DNA of 64,000 nucleotides from an uncultured Actinomycetes bacterium (GCA_947085635.1 CAMTXC010000002.1:25356-89355); one strand, 5' to 3'; shown: positions 28,109 to 38,748, counted from the stretch's first letter. Notes: generated from the sequence alone by a model not told the origin. Made by a program: numbers and translations.

Positions 28109-30933
28109 ACGTGGCGAAGAAGAGGGTCTACGAGCTGGCGAAGGAGAGAGGGCTGACCACGCATGAGCTGGTGGAGCGGCTGAAGGCCGCCGGCGTGGAA
28201 GTCAAGAGCAGCCTCGCCAGTGTTGAGGAGGCCGACGCCGAGCGCGTGAGCCCCGTGTCGGCGAAGGCTGCTCCCACGAGCAAGAAGAAGCAAGAGGAAC
28301 CGGCGCCGGCCGCGGCTGCAGCGCCGGCCATGGCGGAGCCGAAGAAGAAGTCCCAGGCTCCCCCTCCGGCCGCCGAGCCGACCGACGCCCCGGGAGTCGA
28401 AGACAAGAGCACTCCCGCTCCAATCGAGAAGAAGGCTCCTACAGCTCCGCCCTCCCCCGACATGCCACCGGCTCCGAAGCCGGCCGCTCCGAAGCCGGCC
28501 GCTCCGAAGCCGGTGGGTCCAAAGATCGTTGCGACCGCCGACGAGGTGCGCGCCGCCGAGCAGGCGGCCGCTGCCCGGGTGGCGAAGATCGCCCCTGCGC
28601 GGCGCTCGGCGAAGGGTCGAGGTCCTCGTCTGGACAACATCCCCACCGTCGTTGGCCCCGGCGTGCCCGTGCGTAAAGGCATCAAGCCTTCGAGCACTGT
28701 CGTTCGTAAGGGTGAAGAGCCGCCGGCACCGCCTCCGCAGCCCCCCAAGCCTGAACCGAAGCCGCCCACACGCGTCGATCGCCCAGGTGGGTCGCCCTCC
28801 GGCCGCCCGGCAGGCGGGCCGTCTTCCGGGCGTCCAGCCGGTGGGCCGCCCTCCGGCCGCCCGGCAGGCGGGCCGTCTTCCGGGCGTCCAGCCGGTGGGC
28901 CTCCGGCGTCGCGAGGAGGTGGGGCTGCACCAGGTCCGGCTGCGCCCGCTCGGGGTTCCGCAGACAAGGCCGGCGCTGCCCGCAAGCGACCGGGTGATGG
29001 GGCTCCGGCCGGTGGCGGTCGCCTGTGGAAGGCCGGCGAGACGTCCACACGTCGTCGCGTCGTCATCGATTCTCAGGCCGGTCGTCGTGGGGGCAAGGGG
29101 AGCAGCAAGGGCGGACGCGGCGGCGGTTTCACGGCCGAGGTCGAGCGCGCCCCTGTCCTGAAGAAGGCGGCCCCCGGCACCGACACACCCGTGCAGATCC
29201 AAAGCGGCGCCATGGTGAAAGACCTGGCCGACGCGCTGGAGATCGGGCCCGGCGAGATCATCAAGACCATGATGAAGTTGGGCGAGCTCGTCACGATCAC
29301 GCAGTCCTTGAGCGACGACGCCATCATGATCCTGGCCGAGGAGTTCGAGCGGAAGGTCGAGATCAAGCACGTGGAGGAGGAGTCGCTCGAGATAGTCTTC
29401 GAAGACGATCCCGCCGATCTGGTCGACAGGGCGCCGGTAGTCACCATCATGGGCCACGTCGACCACGGCAAGACATCGCTGCTCGACGCCATTCGTGAGA
29501 CGGAAGTGGTCAAGAGCGAAGCCGGTGGCATCACTCAGCACATCGGCGCCTACCAAGTCCGTCACGGCGACCGCACCGTAACGTTCATCGACACGCCGGG
29601 CCACGAGGCGTTCACCGCCATGCGGGCCCGCGGAGCGAAGGTCACCGACGTGGCGGTGATCGTCGTAGCCGCTAACGACGGCGTCATGCCGCAGACCATC
29701 GAGGCGATCGACCACGCAAAGGCCGCAGAGGTGCCGATGCTGGTGGCCATCAACAAGATAGACCTGGCCGACTCGAACCCCGACAAGGTGAAGCAGCAGC
29801 TTTCCGACCACGGGCTCCAACCTGAGGAGTGGGGGGGCGACACGGTGATGGTGGAAGTGTCGGCCAAGAAGCGTCTAAAGCTCGACGAGCTCATGGACAT
29901 GATCCTCCTGGTCACCGAGGTGCAGGAGCTCAAGGCCAATCCGAGCGCTATGGCGTCGGGTACCGTGGTCGAATCGCAGTTGGATGTGGGCCGCGGACCC
30001 GTGGCGACCATCCTGGTACAACGGGGGACGTTGCGGGTGGGCGACTCCCTGGTGAGCGGCGAGGCGCACGGCAAGGTGAAGGCCATGATGGACTTCAAGG
30101 GCGTTGCCCTCGAGGAGGCCGGACCGGCTGTCCCGGCCCAGGTGCTCGGGTTCAACAGCCTCCCCGTTGCGGGCGACATAGCCGTTGCCGTGAAGGATGA
30201 GCGCGAAGCGCGGCAGATGGCCGAGGGCCGCACCGCTCGGTTGCGTCAGGAGATGAATGCCAAGGGACGCGCGACCACCTCGCTCGACGACTTCTACCTC
30301 CGTCTCAAGGAGGGCGCGATCAAAGAACTCGCCCTCATCGTCAAGGGAGACGTGGGCGGTTCGGTGGAGGCGTTGGAGGAAGCTCTGGCCAACGTGAGCC
30401 ACCCCGAAGTCAAGGTGAAGGTGATCCACTCCGGCGTCGGCGGCATCAACGAGTCCGATGTCAACCTGGCCGCGGCGTCGGGAGCGGTCATCATCGGTTT
30501 CAACGTGCGTCCGTCGGTGCCCGCGAAGGCCTTGGCCGACGAGCAGGGCGTCGATATCCGCACCTACCGGGTGATCTACAAGGCGATCGAAGATGTGCAG
30601 GCCGCACTCATCGGTATGCTCGAACCAGACAAGGTGGAGGAGTCCCTCGGCGCCGTCGAGGTGCGCCAGATATTCCGAGCCTCACGCATCGGCACGATCG
30701 CCGGCTCCTACGTGGTGTCGGGCAAGATCACACGCAACGCACGAGTCCGCGTGGTCCGCGATGGCAGCATCGTCTTCGAGGGCGGCCTGCAGTCGCTGAA
30801 GCGCTTCAACGACGACGTTCGCGAAGTCCTCGCGGGCTTCGAGTGCGGCGTCCACCTCGACGGGTTCGACGACATCAAAGAAGGCGACATCATCGAGGCG
30901 TACGAGATCAAGGAAGTTGCCCGCACGAAGTAG
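28105..30933 (+). CDS. infB: Translation initiation factor IF-2
   Basis: RVYELAKE, MGHVDHGKTSLLD, DTPGHEAF, NKID, IIGFNVRP, GFECG. Confidence 0.98.
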   Translation: MNVAKKRVYELAKERGLTTHELVERLKAAGVEVKSSLASVEEADAERVSPVSAKAAPTSKKKQEEPAPAAAAAPAMAEPKKKSQAPPPAAEPTDAPGVEDKSTPAPIEKKAPTAPPSPDMPPAPKPAAPKPAAPKPVGPKIVATADEVRAAEQAAAARVAKIAPARRSAKGRGPRLDNIPTVVGPGVPVRKGIKPSSTVVRKGEEPPAPPPQPPKPEPKPPTRVDRPGGSPSGRPAGGPSSGRPAGGPPSGRPAGGPSSGRPAGGPPASRGGGAAPGPAAPARGSADKAGAARKRPGDGAPAGGGRLWKAGETSTRRRVVIDSQAGRRGGKGSSKGGRGGGFTAEVERAPVLKKAAPGTDTPVQIQSGAMVKDLADALEIGPGEIIKTMMKLGELVTITQSLSDDAIMILAEEFERKVEIKHVEEESLEIVFEDDPADLVDRAPVVTIMGHVDHGKTSLLDAIRETEVVKSEAGGITQHIGAYQVRHGDRTVTFIDTPGHEAFTAMRARGAKVTDVAVIVVAANDGVMPQTIEAIDHAKAAEVPMLVAINKIDLADSNPDKVKQQLSDHGLQPEEWGGDTVMVEVSAKKRLKLDELMDMILLVTEVQELKANPSAMASGTVVESQLDVGRGPVATILVQRGTLRVGDSLVSGEAHGKVKAMMDFKGVALEEAGPAVPAQVLGFNSLPVAGDIAVAVKDEREARQMAEGRTARLRQEMNAKGRATTSLDDFYLRLKEGAIKELALIVKGDVGGSVEALEEALANVSHPEVKVKVIHSGVGGINESDVNLAAASGAVIIGFNVRPSVPAKALADEQGVDIRTYRVIYKAIEDVQAALIGMLEPDKVEESLGAVEVRQIFRASRIGTIAGSYVVSGKITRNARVRVVRDGSIVFEGGLQSLKRFNDDVREVLAGFECGVHLDGFDDIKEGDIIEAYEIKEVARTK
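28471..28513 (+). repeat. 15-bp tandem repeat (~3 copies) in the infB linker
   Basis: GCTCCGAAGCCGGCC units at 28471, 28486 and 28501 (APKPA). Confidence 0.85.
28793..28900 (+). repeat. Exact 54-bp tandem duplication in the infB linker
   Basis: 28793-28846 equals 28847-28900; encodes (PSGRPAGGPSSGRPAGGP)x2. Confidence 0.88.
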
Positions 30934-30937
30934 ACGT

Positions 30938-31240
30938 GTGCCGCGGGGCTTCGTCGGTATCGTCACGGCGGACCTACGCTTTCGTGACGCCGGTTCCCTG
31001 AAGGACAAGCGCGTGTACCTGAGACGTGTGCGCGACCGCCTGCAGGGGGTTCACGCGGCGTCGTTCGCCGAGATCGGATATCAAGACCAGTGGCAGCGCT
31101 CCCTTGTGGTGTTCGCGGTCGCGGCCTCCAACATCGGCGTGTTGAAGAAGCGGCTGTCGGCGGCCGTCGGATTCCTCGATGGCGGCGACTGGGACTTGGC
31201 GACGGTGGTGGAAGAGGTGGTGGAGGTAGATGGGGAGTGA
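30938..31240 (+). CDS. ylxP: DUF503 (YlxP) protein
   Basis: SLKDKR..L, AEIGYQDQWQR; between infB and rbfA. Confidence 0.88.
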   Translation: MPRGFVGIVTADLRFRDAGSLKDKRVYLRRVRDRLQGVHAASFAEIGYQDQWQRSLVVFAVAASNIGVLKKRLSAAVGFLDGGDWDLATVVEEVVEVDGE

Positions 31241-31703
31241 GCGACGTTATAGGACGCGCCGAGTGAATGAGGCGCTCCGCGAGGTACTGGGCACGGCCAT
31301 CGGGTACGGTCTCAAGGACCCGCGCATAGGATTCGTCACCGTCACCGGCGTGGAAGCCACGAACGACGTGCGCGAAGCTCGGGTGTTCGTCTCCATCCTC
31401 GGCACCGACGACGAGAAGAAGGAGACTCTCGAAGGCCTGCGGTCGGCGGAAGGCCACCTGCAGAGCGTGATCAGCGCCGAGCTCCAGTTGAAGAACACTC
31501 CTACCCTGGAGTTCATCTACGACGAGAGTGTCGACAGGGGTGTGCGCATATCCGCTCTCATCAGGGAGGAGATCGACCGCCTGCCGGAAGAGACGTCCTT
31601 CGAAGTCGCGGACGAGTCGGTAGTCGATGCCGAGGACGAGCTCGTGGGCGACGGCGCAGACCAGAGCGCCGCCGAACCCGACGACGAGAGCGCGGCTTCG
31701 TGA
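31230..31703 (+). CDS. rbfA: Ribosome-binding factor A
   Basis: LKDPRIGFVTVTGV, ARVFVS, TPTLEFIYDES; acidic tail. Confidence 0.95.
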   Translation: MGSERRYRTRRVNEALREVLGTAIGYGLKDPRIGFVTVTGVEATNDVREARVFVSILGTDDEKKETLEGLRSAEGHLQSVISAELQLKNTPTLEFIYDESVDRGVRISALIREEIDRLPEETSFEVADESVVDAEDELVGDGADQSAAEPDDESAAS

Positions 31704-32683
31704 TGCGCACCGTCACCGAGCGCGACCTGGGTCTGCGCCTGCCCCAAGAACGCGACATCATGATCATGGCGCACGAGAACCCCGATGGCGACGCGGTGGG
31801 CTGTGTCGTCGCCCTGATGCTCATGGCGCGACAGCTGGGCCTCTCCCACCGCGCATATCTACCCGGCGACACCCCTATCTCTCCCGAATACTCCTTCCTG
31901 CCGGACCTCCAGTACATCATGCGCGGCGCGCTTCCTGAGGTAACTAGCGGCACTTCTCTATACATCATGGACTCCGCCTCGGCGAGTCGGTTGGATGTGC
32001 AGCGCCTCCAATGTGCCGGCGACTGCATCAACATCGATCACCACCAGGACAATGAAGGCTACGGCACGTTGAACCTGCTCGACCTTACGGCGGCTTCAAC
32101 CACCCAGATCCTCTTCAACATCTTTCGGGCCGGCGATCTGCCCATCGACAAAGCCATCGGCACGGCGCTCTACCTCGGGCTGGTCACCGACACCGGTCGT
32201 TTCCAGTACTCGAACACCACCCCGGAGGCACACCGCATGGCGGCGTATCTCCAGGAACTCGGAGTCGACATCAACTGCGTGTATTCGCAGGTCTACGAGC
32301 GCACCCCGCTCCCCAAGACCCGCCTGCTTGGCATCGCGCTCGACCGACTGAGTCTGCGGTTGGACGGCGCGTTGGCGGTCTCTTCGGTCACCGCGGCCGA
32401 TTTCGCGGCCGCCGGCGCCGACGAACGTCACACCGAAGGCATCATCGACCAATTGCGTCGCATCGAGGGTGTGCGGGTGGCCGCGTTCGTCAGGGAGCGT
32501 GTGTCCGACGACGGGCTCCGGCAGAAGGTCAGCCTTCGCTCGACCGACGGCTCGGTGGACGTGGCCTCGATTGCGCATCTCGAAGGAGGCGGCGGGCACG
32601 TGCGGGCAGCCGGCTTCTCCGCGGACGCTGAGGCGGAATCGGTCATCGCCTGGATCGAGCGCGAGGTGAGGGCCCGCCTGTGA
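31700..32683 (+). CDS. nrnA: DHH/DHHA1 phosphoesterase (NrnA-like)
   Basis: HENPDGDAVG, NIDHH, GLVTDTGRF, SLRS, GGGHVRAAG. Confidence 0.9.
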   Translation: MMRTVTERDLGLRLPQERDIMIMAHENPDGDAVGCVVALMLMARQLGLSHRAYLPGDTPISPEYSFLPDLQYIMRGALPEVTSGTSLYIMDSASASRLDVQRLQCAGDCINIDHHQDNEGYGTLNLLDLTAASTTQILFNIFRAGDLPIDKAIGTALYLGLVTDTGRFQYSNTTPEAHRMAAYLQELGVDINCVYSQVYERTPLPKTRLLGIALDRLSLRLDGALAVSSVTAADFAAAGADERHTEGIIDQLRRIEGVRVAAFVRERVSDDGLRQKVSLRSTDGSVDVASIAHLEGGGGHVRAAGFSADAEAESVIAWIEREVRARL

Positions 32684-33660
32684 CCGGCCGGCTCTCGCGG
32701 GATCCCACGGACCCCGGTGCACGGGCTAGGGACCCCGCTGCGCGGGGTAGGGGCCAAGACGATCGGGCTTCCGGCCTCTCGAGGATCGTGCTTGTCGATA
32801 AGCCCGAAGGGTGGACGAGCTACGACGTGGTCCGCCGAGCCAAGAGCGCGTACCGCGGGAAGATCGGCCACGCCGGCACTCTGGACCCCTTCGCCACGGG
32901 GCTTCTCCTGGTCCTGTTCGGTCAGGCCACGCGCGTCTCTTCTCTGATGATGGACCTGCCCAAGCAGTATGAGGTGACGGTGCAGTTCGGGGCGGTGTCG
33001 AGCACGGGAGATCCTACTGGAGATGTGTCGCCCACCGGCGGGCGCACCGATATGAGCGCCATCCTCCGGGCCCTCGACCACTTTCGCGGCGAGATACAAC
33101 AGAAGGTGCCGCTCACCTCTGCGGTGAAGGTCGACGGCGAACCTCTCTACCGGAAGGCGCACCGGGGGGAGACCGCGGACACTCCCGAGCGCGCTGTGAT
33201 GGTCTATGGGCTCGACGCCGTGGCGTTCGACGCCGGCACCCAGCGTCTGGAGCTCCTGGCCCTCACGGGCAAGGGCACGTACGTGCGCCGGCTTGCCGAA
33301 GACATCGGAACCCTCCTCGGCGTGGGCGCCTACGCCGCGGCTCTACGACGGACGAAGATCGGCCGTTTCCGCGCCGATCAGGCGGTGACGCCCGATGCGC
33401 TCACCTCGGAGTCCCTCCAGAATAGCGGGAACGAGGGAGCGCAGTCCGGCTGCTGTCTCACCCTCTCCCGCGGGCTTTCACACCTACCCGCCTTCCACGT
33501 GGACGCTGCGACAGCCGCCCGTGTGGCTAACGGCAACGATCTCACGGGTGGACCCGGCGGGCTGTTTAGCGTGCGCTCGGGCGATCGACTGCTGGCACTT
33601 TACGAGGGCCCCCAGACTCTTGCTCGGCCTCGCGTCGTGTTCCCGGTGCCCGAGGAGTGA
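32680..33660 (+). CDS. truB: tRNA pseudouridine(55) synthase
   Basis: DKPEGWTS, GHAGTLDPFATG, SAVKVDG, GTYVR.LA.D. Confidence 0.95.
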   Translation: MTGRLSRDPTDPGARARDPAARGRGQDDRASGLSRIVLVDKPEGWTSYDVVRRAKSAYRGKIGHAGTLDPFATGLLLVLFGQATRVSSLMMDLPKQYEVTVQFGAVSSTGDPTGDVSPTGGRTDMSAILRALDHFRGEIQQKVPLTSAVKVDGEPLYRKAHRGETADTPERAVMVYGLDAVAFDAGTQRLELLALTGKGTYVRRLAEDIGTLLGVGAYAAALRRTKIGRFRADQAVTPDALTSESLQNSGNEGAQSGCCLTLSRGLSHLPAFHVDAATAARVANGNDLTGGPGGLFSVRSGDRLLALYEGPQTLARPRVVFPVPEE

Positions 33661-33727
33661 GCGCCGTGGTGGTAGGGGTATTCATTGAAGTAGAGCCGGC
33701 GCGTGTCGACGGGATGGTAGCCAGAGG

Positions 33728-34684
33728 ATGAGGGTGTACAGGAGAATCGAGGAGGTCGGCCACCGGGGCGACGCGCCACGCTCGGTGGCGATCGGCACTT
33801 TCGACGGCTTCCATCTTGGGCACCGGGCCATCGTCGCCAAGGCGGTCCAGGCGGCGCGCGCCATGGAAGGCACCGCCTGCGTGCTCACCTTCGAGCCGCA
33901 TCCGAGTGCGATCCTCGACCCTGAGAACCAGCCCGCCCGGCTCTGCACCTTCGAGCAGAAGGTGTCGCTTCTCGAGGAGGCCGGGGTCGATGAGCTCGTG
34001 GCGTTGTCGTTCGACGAGGCGTTCGCGGCTCTGGGTCCGGCGGAGTTCTCGGAGCTGGTGTTGTCGGAACGCCTGAACGCCCGCCAGGTGTTGGTGGGTG
34101 AGAACTTTCGCTTCGGCCATCGTGGATCGGGCACGGCCGAAGATCTTCTCGCGTTCGGGCGGGCGCGCGGTTTCTCGGTCACCGCGATCGGACTGGTGAT
34201 CGCCAGCGGCAAGCCGGTGAGCAGCACTCGCATCCGAGCACTGATCACCGAGGGAAGGGTGGAGGATGCGGCGACCCTCCTGGGACGACCTCACGCCCTC
34301 GACGGTATCGTGGAAGGGGGCGCGGGCAGGGGGCGCGACCTTGGATCGCCCACGGCGAATCTCGACGTGCCCGCCGGAAGCGCCGTGCCGGGGGTTGGAG
34401 TGTACGTAACCCGCACGACCGTGGCCCCGGGAGACGTGCGACCGTCCGTCACGAGCATAGGCACTAACCCCACCTTCGAATCCACCGATGTGGTGCGCAT
34501 CGAGACGTTCGTCCTGGATTTCTCGGGAGACCTCTACGGCAGACCGCAGCGGGTGGAGTTCCTGGCCTGGATCAGGGCACAGCGCACGTTTCCCGACGGC
34601 TCGGCGCTGCGACAGCGCATCGCGGCGGATGTGTCCGCGGCGCGAGACTACTTCTTGAGATCGCCCGCGGACGGCGGAGCATAG
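33728..34684 (+). CDS. ribF: Riboflavin kinase/FAD synthetase
   Basis: [46 protein letters not shown]. Confidence 0.96.
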   Translation: MRVYRRIEEVGHRGDAPRSVAIGTFDGFHLGHRAIVAKAVQAARAMEGTACVLTFEPHPSAILDPENQPARLCTFEQKVSLLEEAGVDELVALSFDEAFAALGPAEFSELVLSERLNARQVLVGENFRFGHRGSGTAEDLLAFGRARGFSVTAIGLVIASGKPVSSTRIRALITEGRVEDAATLLGRPHALDGIVEGGAGRGRDLGSPTANLDVPAGSAVPGVGVYVTRTTVAPGDVRPSVTSIGTNPTFESTDVVRIETFVLDFSGDLYGRPQRVEFLAWIRAQRTFPDGSALRQRIAADVSAARDYFLRSPADGGA

Positions 34685-34759
34685 CGGCGTGCACCGGCCC
34701 GCAAGGATACGCGAAGCTTACGGGAACGGAACCTATCGGGGCCGTACTCCCTGGCTTTG

Positions 34760-34866
34760 TGGTAACCTATCTCGGCCGCCCACACGGGCGCCGCGCATTC
34801 ACACCTGCCACTCGGCTTGGATCCTGGAATCCTCGACTGGGGGCACGGAGCCTACGGAGGCTATGC
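34760..34866 (+). promoter_or_regulatory. rpsO promoter (extended -10) and putative S15 leader
   Basis: TGgTAACCT at 34760-34768; ~95-nt leader with TGCC..CTCGG/CTGGG..GGCA pairing before SD GGAGG. Confidence 0.45.
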
Positions 34867-35133
34867 ATGCTGAGCAAAGAACGCAAGACCGAGATCATCG
34901 ATCGCTTCAAGAAGCACGAGGGAGACACCGGGTCGCCGGAGGTGCAGATAGCGATCCTCACCGATCAGATTAACATCCTCACCGCCCACCTCAAGATCCA
35001 CAAGAAAGACCACCACTCACGTCGTGGCCTTCTGAAGATGGTGGGAAGACGGCGCAGACTGCTCAACTACCTGCAGAAGCGGGAAGTAGAACGGTATCGC
35101 ACAGTGGTCAAGGAGTTGGGGCTCAGGAAGTAA
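34867..35133 (+). CDS. rpsO: 30S ribosomal protein S15
   Basis: [36 protein letters not shown]. Confidence 0.98.
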   Translation: MLSKERKTEIIDRFKKHEGDTGSPEVQIAILTDQINILTAHLKIHKKDHHSRRGLLKMVGRRRRLLNYLQKREVERYRTVVKELGLRK

Positions 35134-35146
35134 GGGATCGACGTGT

Positions 35147-35176
35147 AGGGCGGTCTGCAGTCGCGGACCGCCCTTC
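35147..35176 (+). terminator. Hairpin between rpsO and pnp (terminator or processing site)
   Basis: AGGGCGGTCTGC-AGTC-GCGGACCGCCCT 12-bp stem with a weak U tail. Confidence 0.55.
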
Positions 35177-35270
35177 GCGTTCCGCCGACTCAAGGAGCCG
35201 GAGACGATCCTCCATAAGATGCCGTCCGGGAGGGACCCGGGGTACGGCGAACGAAAGGCGATGAAAGAGA

Positions 35271-37406
35271 ATGACAGAGCAGACTGCGGTGGCAGGAGTC
35301 AGTTCCAAGACCATCCAGGTGGGCGACAAGACGATCCACCTGGAGACGGGACGGCTCGCCAAGCAGGCCGATGGGGCCGTGCTGGTGCGTTCCGGCGACA
35401 CGATGGTCCTTGTTACCGCTGTGGTATCGAAGAACGACAGGAACGTCGACTTCTTCCCCCTCACGGTCGACATCGAAGAGGGCATGTACGCGGCCGGCAA
35501 GATCCCCGGCGGTTTCATCAAGAAGGAAGGCCGCGCGGGCGAGGGAGCTATACTCACCGCCCGACTCACCGATCGCCCCATCCGGCCGCTCTTCCCCAAA
35601 GGCTTCACCAAAGAGACTCATATCGTGGCCACGGTCCTGTCCGTCGATCGGAGCAATCCGCACGACGTCTTGGCGATATTGGGCGCGTCTGCTGCGCTCA
35701 GCATCTCCAGCGCTCCGTTCCAGGGCCCGGTCGGGGCGGTGCGTGTTGCCAAGGTTGAAGGAGCATGGGTCATCAACCCCACGTACGCCGATCTCGAGTC
35801 CAGTCCAATCAACCTCGTGATGGCAGGCACCGCCGAGGCCATCAGCATGGTCGAAGCGGGGGCCACCGAGGTGAGCGAGGCCGACATGCTGGCCGCGCTC
35901 GCGGTAGGGCACGAGGCGATAAGGGTCCAAGTGGCCGCCATCGCGAGTTGGGCTGAAGAAGTGGGCAAACCGATGATGGAGTACGCGCCCCGCCTTCCCG
36001 ACCGCGCTCTGGTCGACGCTATCAAGGCAGGCTATGCCTCCGACATCCTCCAGGCCGTCTCGGTGCTTGAGAAGCACCAGCGGTCGGCGGCCGTTGCCGA
36101 AGTCAAGCAGCGTGTCACGGCGGCTCTCGTTCCGGCTGAAGGCGGCACCGACGGCGCCGTTGACGTCCCCGCGGTCGCCAAGGCGTTCGACGCGGTCGAA
36201 AGGGAGATCGTGCGCAAGCGTATCGCGCTCGAGAAGGTGCGCCCCGACGGCCGCGCGAAGGACGAGATCCGCACCATTGCGTCGGAAGTGGGAGTCACGC
36301 CGCGCACCCACGGATCGGGCCTGTTCACCCGTGGGCAGACTCAGGTCATGACCCTGCTCACGCTGGGCGCCGGCCGCGATGAGCAGCGCGTGGACAGCAT
36401 CGCCGCCGACGATTCGAAGTACTTCATGCACCACTACAAGTTCCCGCCGTTCTCCGTGGGAGAAGCCGGGTTCATGCGCGGTCCCGGTCGTCGTGAGATC
36501 GGACACGGGGCCCTGGCCGAGCGTGCCTTGCTCCCGGTCGTGCCGGCCCGCGAGGACTTCCCGTACACCATCCGTCTCGTCTCCGAGACGTTGGAGTCGA
36601 ACGGTTCGAGCTCGATGGCGAGCGTGTGCGCGTCGACCCTCGCGATGATGGACGCCGGCGTGCCGATCAAGCGGCCCGTCGCCGGTATCGCCATGGGTCT
36701 GGTCATGGAGATGGACGAGTACATCATCCTCACCGACATCGCAGGGGTGGAAGACCACCTGGGCGACATGGACTTCAAGGTGGCGGGCACGAAGGAAGGC
36801 ATCACCGCCCTGCAGATGGACATCAAGATCAAGGGCGTGACGGCTGCCATCATGCGTGACGCACTCGAGCAGGCCCGCGTGGCCCGACTCAGCATCCTCG
36901 ACAAGATGGCCGAAACTATCGCGGAGCCGCGCTCAGAACTGCGTGAGTTCGCGCCGCGCATCGTCACCATCAAGGTCGATCAGGAGAAGATCGGCGCGGT
37001 CATCGGCAAGGGCGGCGAGACGATCCGCGGCCTCGAGGCCGAGTATGAGTGCACCGTAGAGATCGACGACGAAGGCATGGTCAAGGTCTTCGCCACCGAC
37101 GGTCGCCTAGGCGATGCCTGTGTCGAGGCCGTCCGGCGCATCGTCAAAGACATCGAGCCCGGAGAGATCATCGTGGGCCGTGTCGTGTCCACCACGAACT
37201 TCGGGGCGTTCGTCAACCTGAAGCCGGGCACCGACGGTCTCATCCACATCTCGAAGCTGGGCGCTGGGCGCCGGGTCGATACGGTGGAGGAAGTGGTGCA
37301 GCGCGGTGAGGTCGTCAAGGTCGAGGTGCTCGACGTTGCCGTGCAGGGCGGCAAGGAGAAGATCAGCCTCCGCATGATCGAGAAACTGGACGGCAGCGCC
37401 GAGTAG
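35271..37406 (+). CDS. pnp: Polynucleotide phosphorylase
   Basis: FFPLTV, GKIPGGF, RPDGR, HGSGLFTRGQTQ, RREIGHG, SNGSSSMAS, GDMDFKVAG; KH and S1 domains. Confidence 0.98.
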   Translation: MTEQTAVAGVSSKTIQVGDKTIHLETGRLAKQADGAVLVRSGDTMVLVTAVVSKNDRNVDFFPLTVDIEEGMYAAGKIPGGFIKKEGRAGEGAILTARLTDRPIRPLFPKGFTKETHIVATVLSVDRSNPHDVLAILGASAALSISSAPFQGPVGAVRVAKVEGAWVINPTYADLESSPINLVMAGTAEAISMVEAGATEVSEADMLAALAVGHEAIRVQVAAIASWAEEVGKPMMEYAPRLPDRALVDAIKAGYASDILQAVSVLEKHQRSAAVAEVKQRVTAALVPAEGGTDGAVDVPAVAKAFDAVEREIVRKRIALEKVRPDGRAKDEIRTIASEVGVTPRTHGSGLFTRGQTQVMTLLTLGAGRDEQRVDSIAADDSKYFMHHYKFPPFSVGEAGFMRGPGRREIGHGALAERALLPVVPAREDFPYTIRLVSETLESNGSSSMASVCASTLAMMDAGVPIKRPVAGIAMGLVMEMDEYIILTDIAGVEDHLGDMDFKVAGTKEGITALQMDIKIKGVTAAIMRDALEQARVARLSILDKMAETIAEPRSELREFAPRIVTIKVDQEKIGAVIGKGGETIRGLEAEYECTVEIDDEGMVKVFATDGRLGDACVEAVRRIVKDIEPGEIIVGRVVSTTNFGAFVNLKPGTDGLIHISKLGAGRRVDTVEEVVQRGEVVKVEVLDVAVQGGKEKISLRMIEKLDGSAE

Positions 37407-37421
37407 CGAGAGCACCCCGCC

Positions 37422-38705
37422 ATCCAACACTATCGACTGGAACAGCTGAGCAACGGGCAGCGACTCGTCACCGAGCGCCTCGATCATGTGCGCTCGATCT
37501 GCCTCGGCTTCTGGATACCTGTGGGCTCCCGAGACGAGACCGGGAGCCTCACCGGTGTCACGCACTTCATCGAGCACCTCTTGTTCAAGGGCTCCGAACG
37601 CTACACCGCAGAGCGCATCGCCCAGGTGTTTGACACTCTCGGGGGTGAGCTGAACGCGGCCACGTCGAAGGAGTACGTGGTCGTCTACGGACGTTTCGTC
37701 GACGATCAACTTCCCAGGGCGATGGACGTGCTCGTGGACATGCTGCTCACGCCCACGTTCACCGACCTCGACAACGAGCGCGAGGTGATCCTCGAAGAGA
37801 TCGCCATGTACGAGGACTCTCCCCAGGACCTGATCCACGATCTTCTCATGGAGACGATCTTCGGCTCTCACCCACTGGGGCACGCGGTGCTCGGTACCCG
37901 CGACACGATCGGGGGCATGAGCGAGGCGGAGGTGCGCGCCTACCACCAGCGCCACTTCCGGTTCAGCGACATGGTGGTGGCCGCCGCGGGAAACGTTGAT
38001 CACGACGAACTGCGTGAGCTCATCTTGGCCGGGCATCCGCGCTCCGACAGCAACGGGCTGGTTCCCGTGCATACGCCGGCGAAGATCACTCCGCGCCGGG
38101 CGTTCATGGTCAAGGAGACCGAACAGGTGCACGTGTGTCTGGGTGGGCGTGGCCTGCCCCGCAACCACGAGAAGCGCTTCGTGCTCACCGTCCTCGACAG
38201 CCTCCTGGGCGGCTCGCTCAGCTCTCGGCTCTTTCAGGAGGTGCGCGAGAAACGGGGCTTGGTGTACAGCATCTACTCTTTCGCCAGCCAGTACCGGGAG
38301 GCGGGCATGGCGGGCGTGTACTTCGGCTGCCGTCCCGACCGCCTCGCCTCGGTGATCGAGACGGTGCAGGTCGAGTTGGCGCGCATCGTCACGGATACGG
38401 TGCCCGAGGACGAACTCGAACGGGCGAAAGAGCACGTGAAGGGCCGGCTGCTCCTGGGGCTGGAGAGCACCAACAGCCGTATGAGCCGCCTGGGCAAGGG
38501 GGTGCTCACGGGCGCGGAGCTGCTCGATCTCGATGAGATCACGCGCCGGGTGGAGAGCGTCACCGCCGAAGAGATCCTCGAGCTGGCTGCGGATCTGTTC
38601 GAGCCCTCCGCACTCTCCGTGGCGGGCATCGGCACCGACGAGACGGGCTTCCGGTCGGCGTTCGAGAACTGGGCGCCGGGGAGTCCCCTCGACTCTGTCG
38701 GCTGA
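37422..38705 (+). CDS. M16-family (pitrilysin-like) zinc peptidase; start codon uncertain or non-canonical
   Basis: HFIEH inverted zincin, GSRDE, LNAATSKE, SSRLFQEVREKRGLVYS; family-like N-terminus (YRLEQLSNGQRLVTE) lies upstream of the first GTG at 37488. Confidence 0.9.
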   Translation: MQHYRLEQLSNGQRLVTERLDHVRSICLGFWIPVGSRDETGSLTGVTHFIEHLLFKGSERYTAERIAQVFDTLGGELNAATSKEYVVVYGRFVDDQLPRAMDVLVDMLLTPTFTDLDNEREVILEEIAMYEDSPQDLIHDLLMETIFGSHPLGHAVLGTRDTIGGMSEAEVRAYHQRHFRFSDMVVAAAGNVDHDELRELILAGHPRSDSNGLVPVHTPAKITPRRAFMVKETEQVHVCLGGRGLPRNHEKRFVLTVLDSLLGGSLSSRLFQEVREKRGLVYSIYSFASQYREAGMAGVYFGCRPDRLASVIETVQVELARIVTDTVPEDELERAKEHVKGRLLLGLESTNSRMSRLGKGVLTGAELLDLDEITRRVESVTAEEILELAADLFEPSALSVAGIGTDETGFRSAFENWAPGSPLDSVG

Positions 38706-38748
38706 GGCCGCCGCATCGCAGGGAGCACTCAGGTAGGAGGAGTCACAG

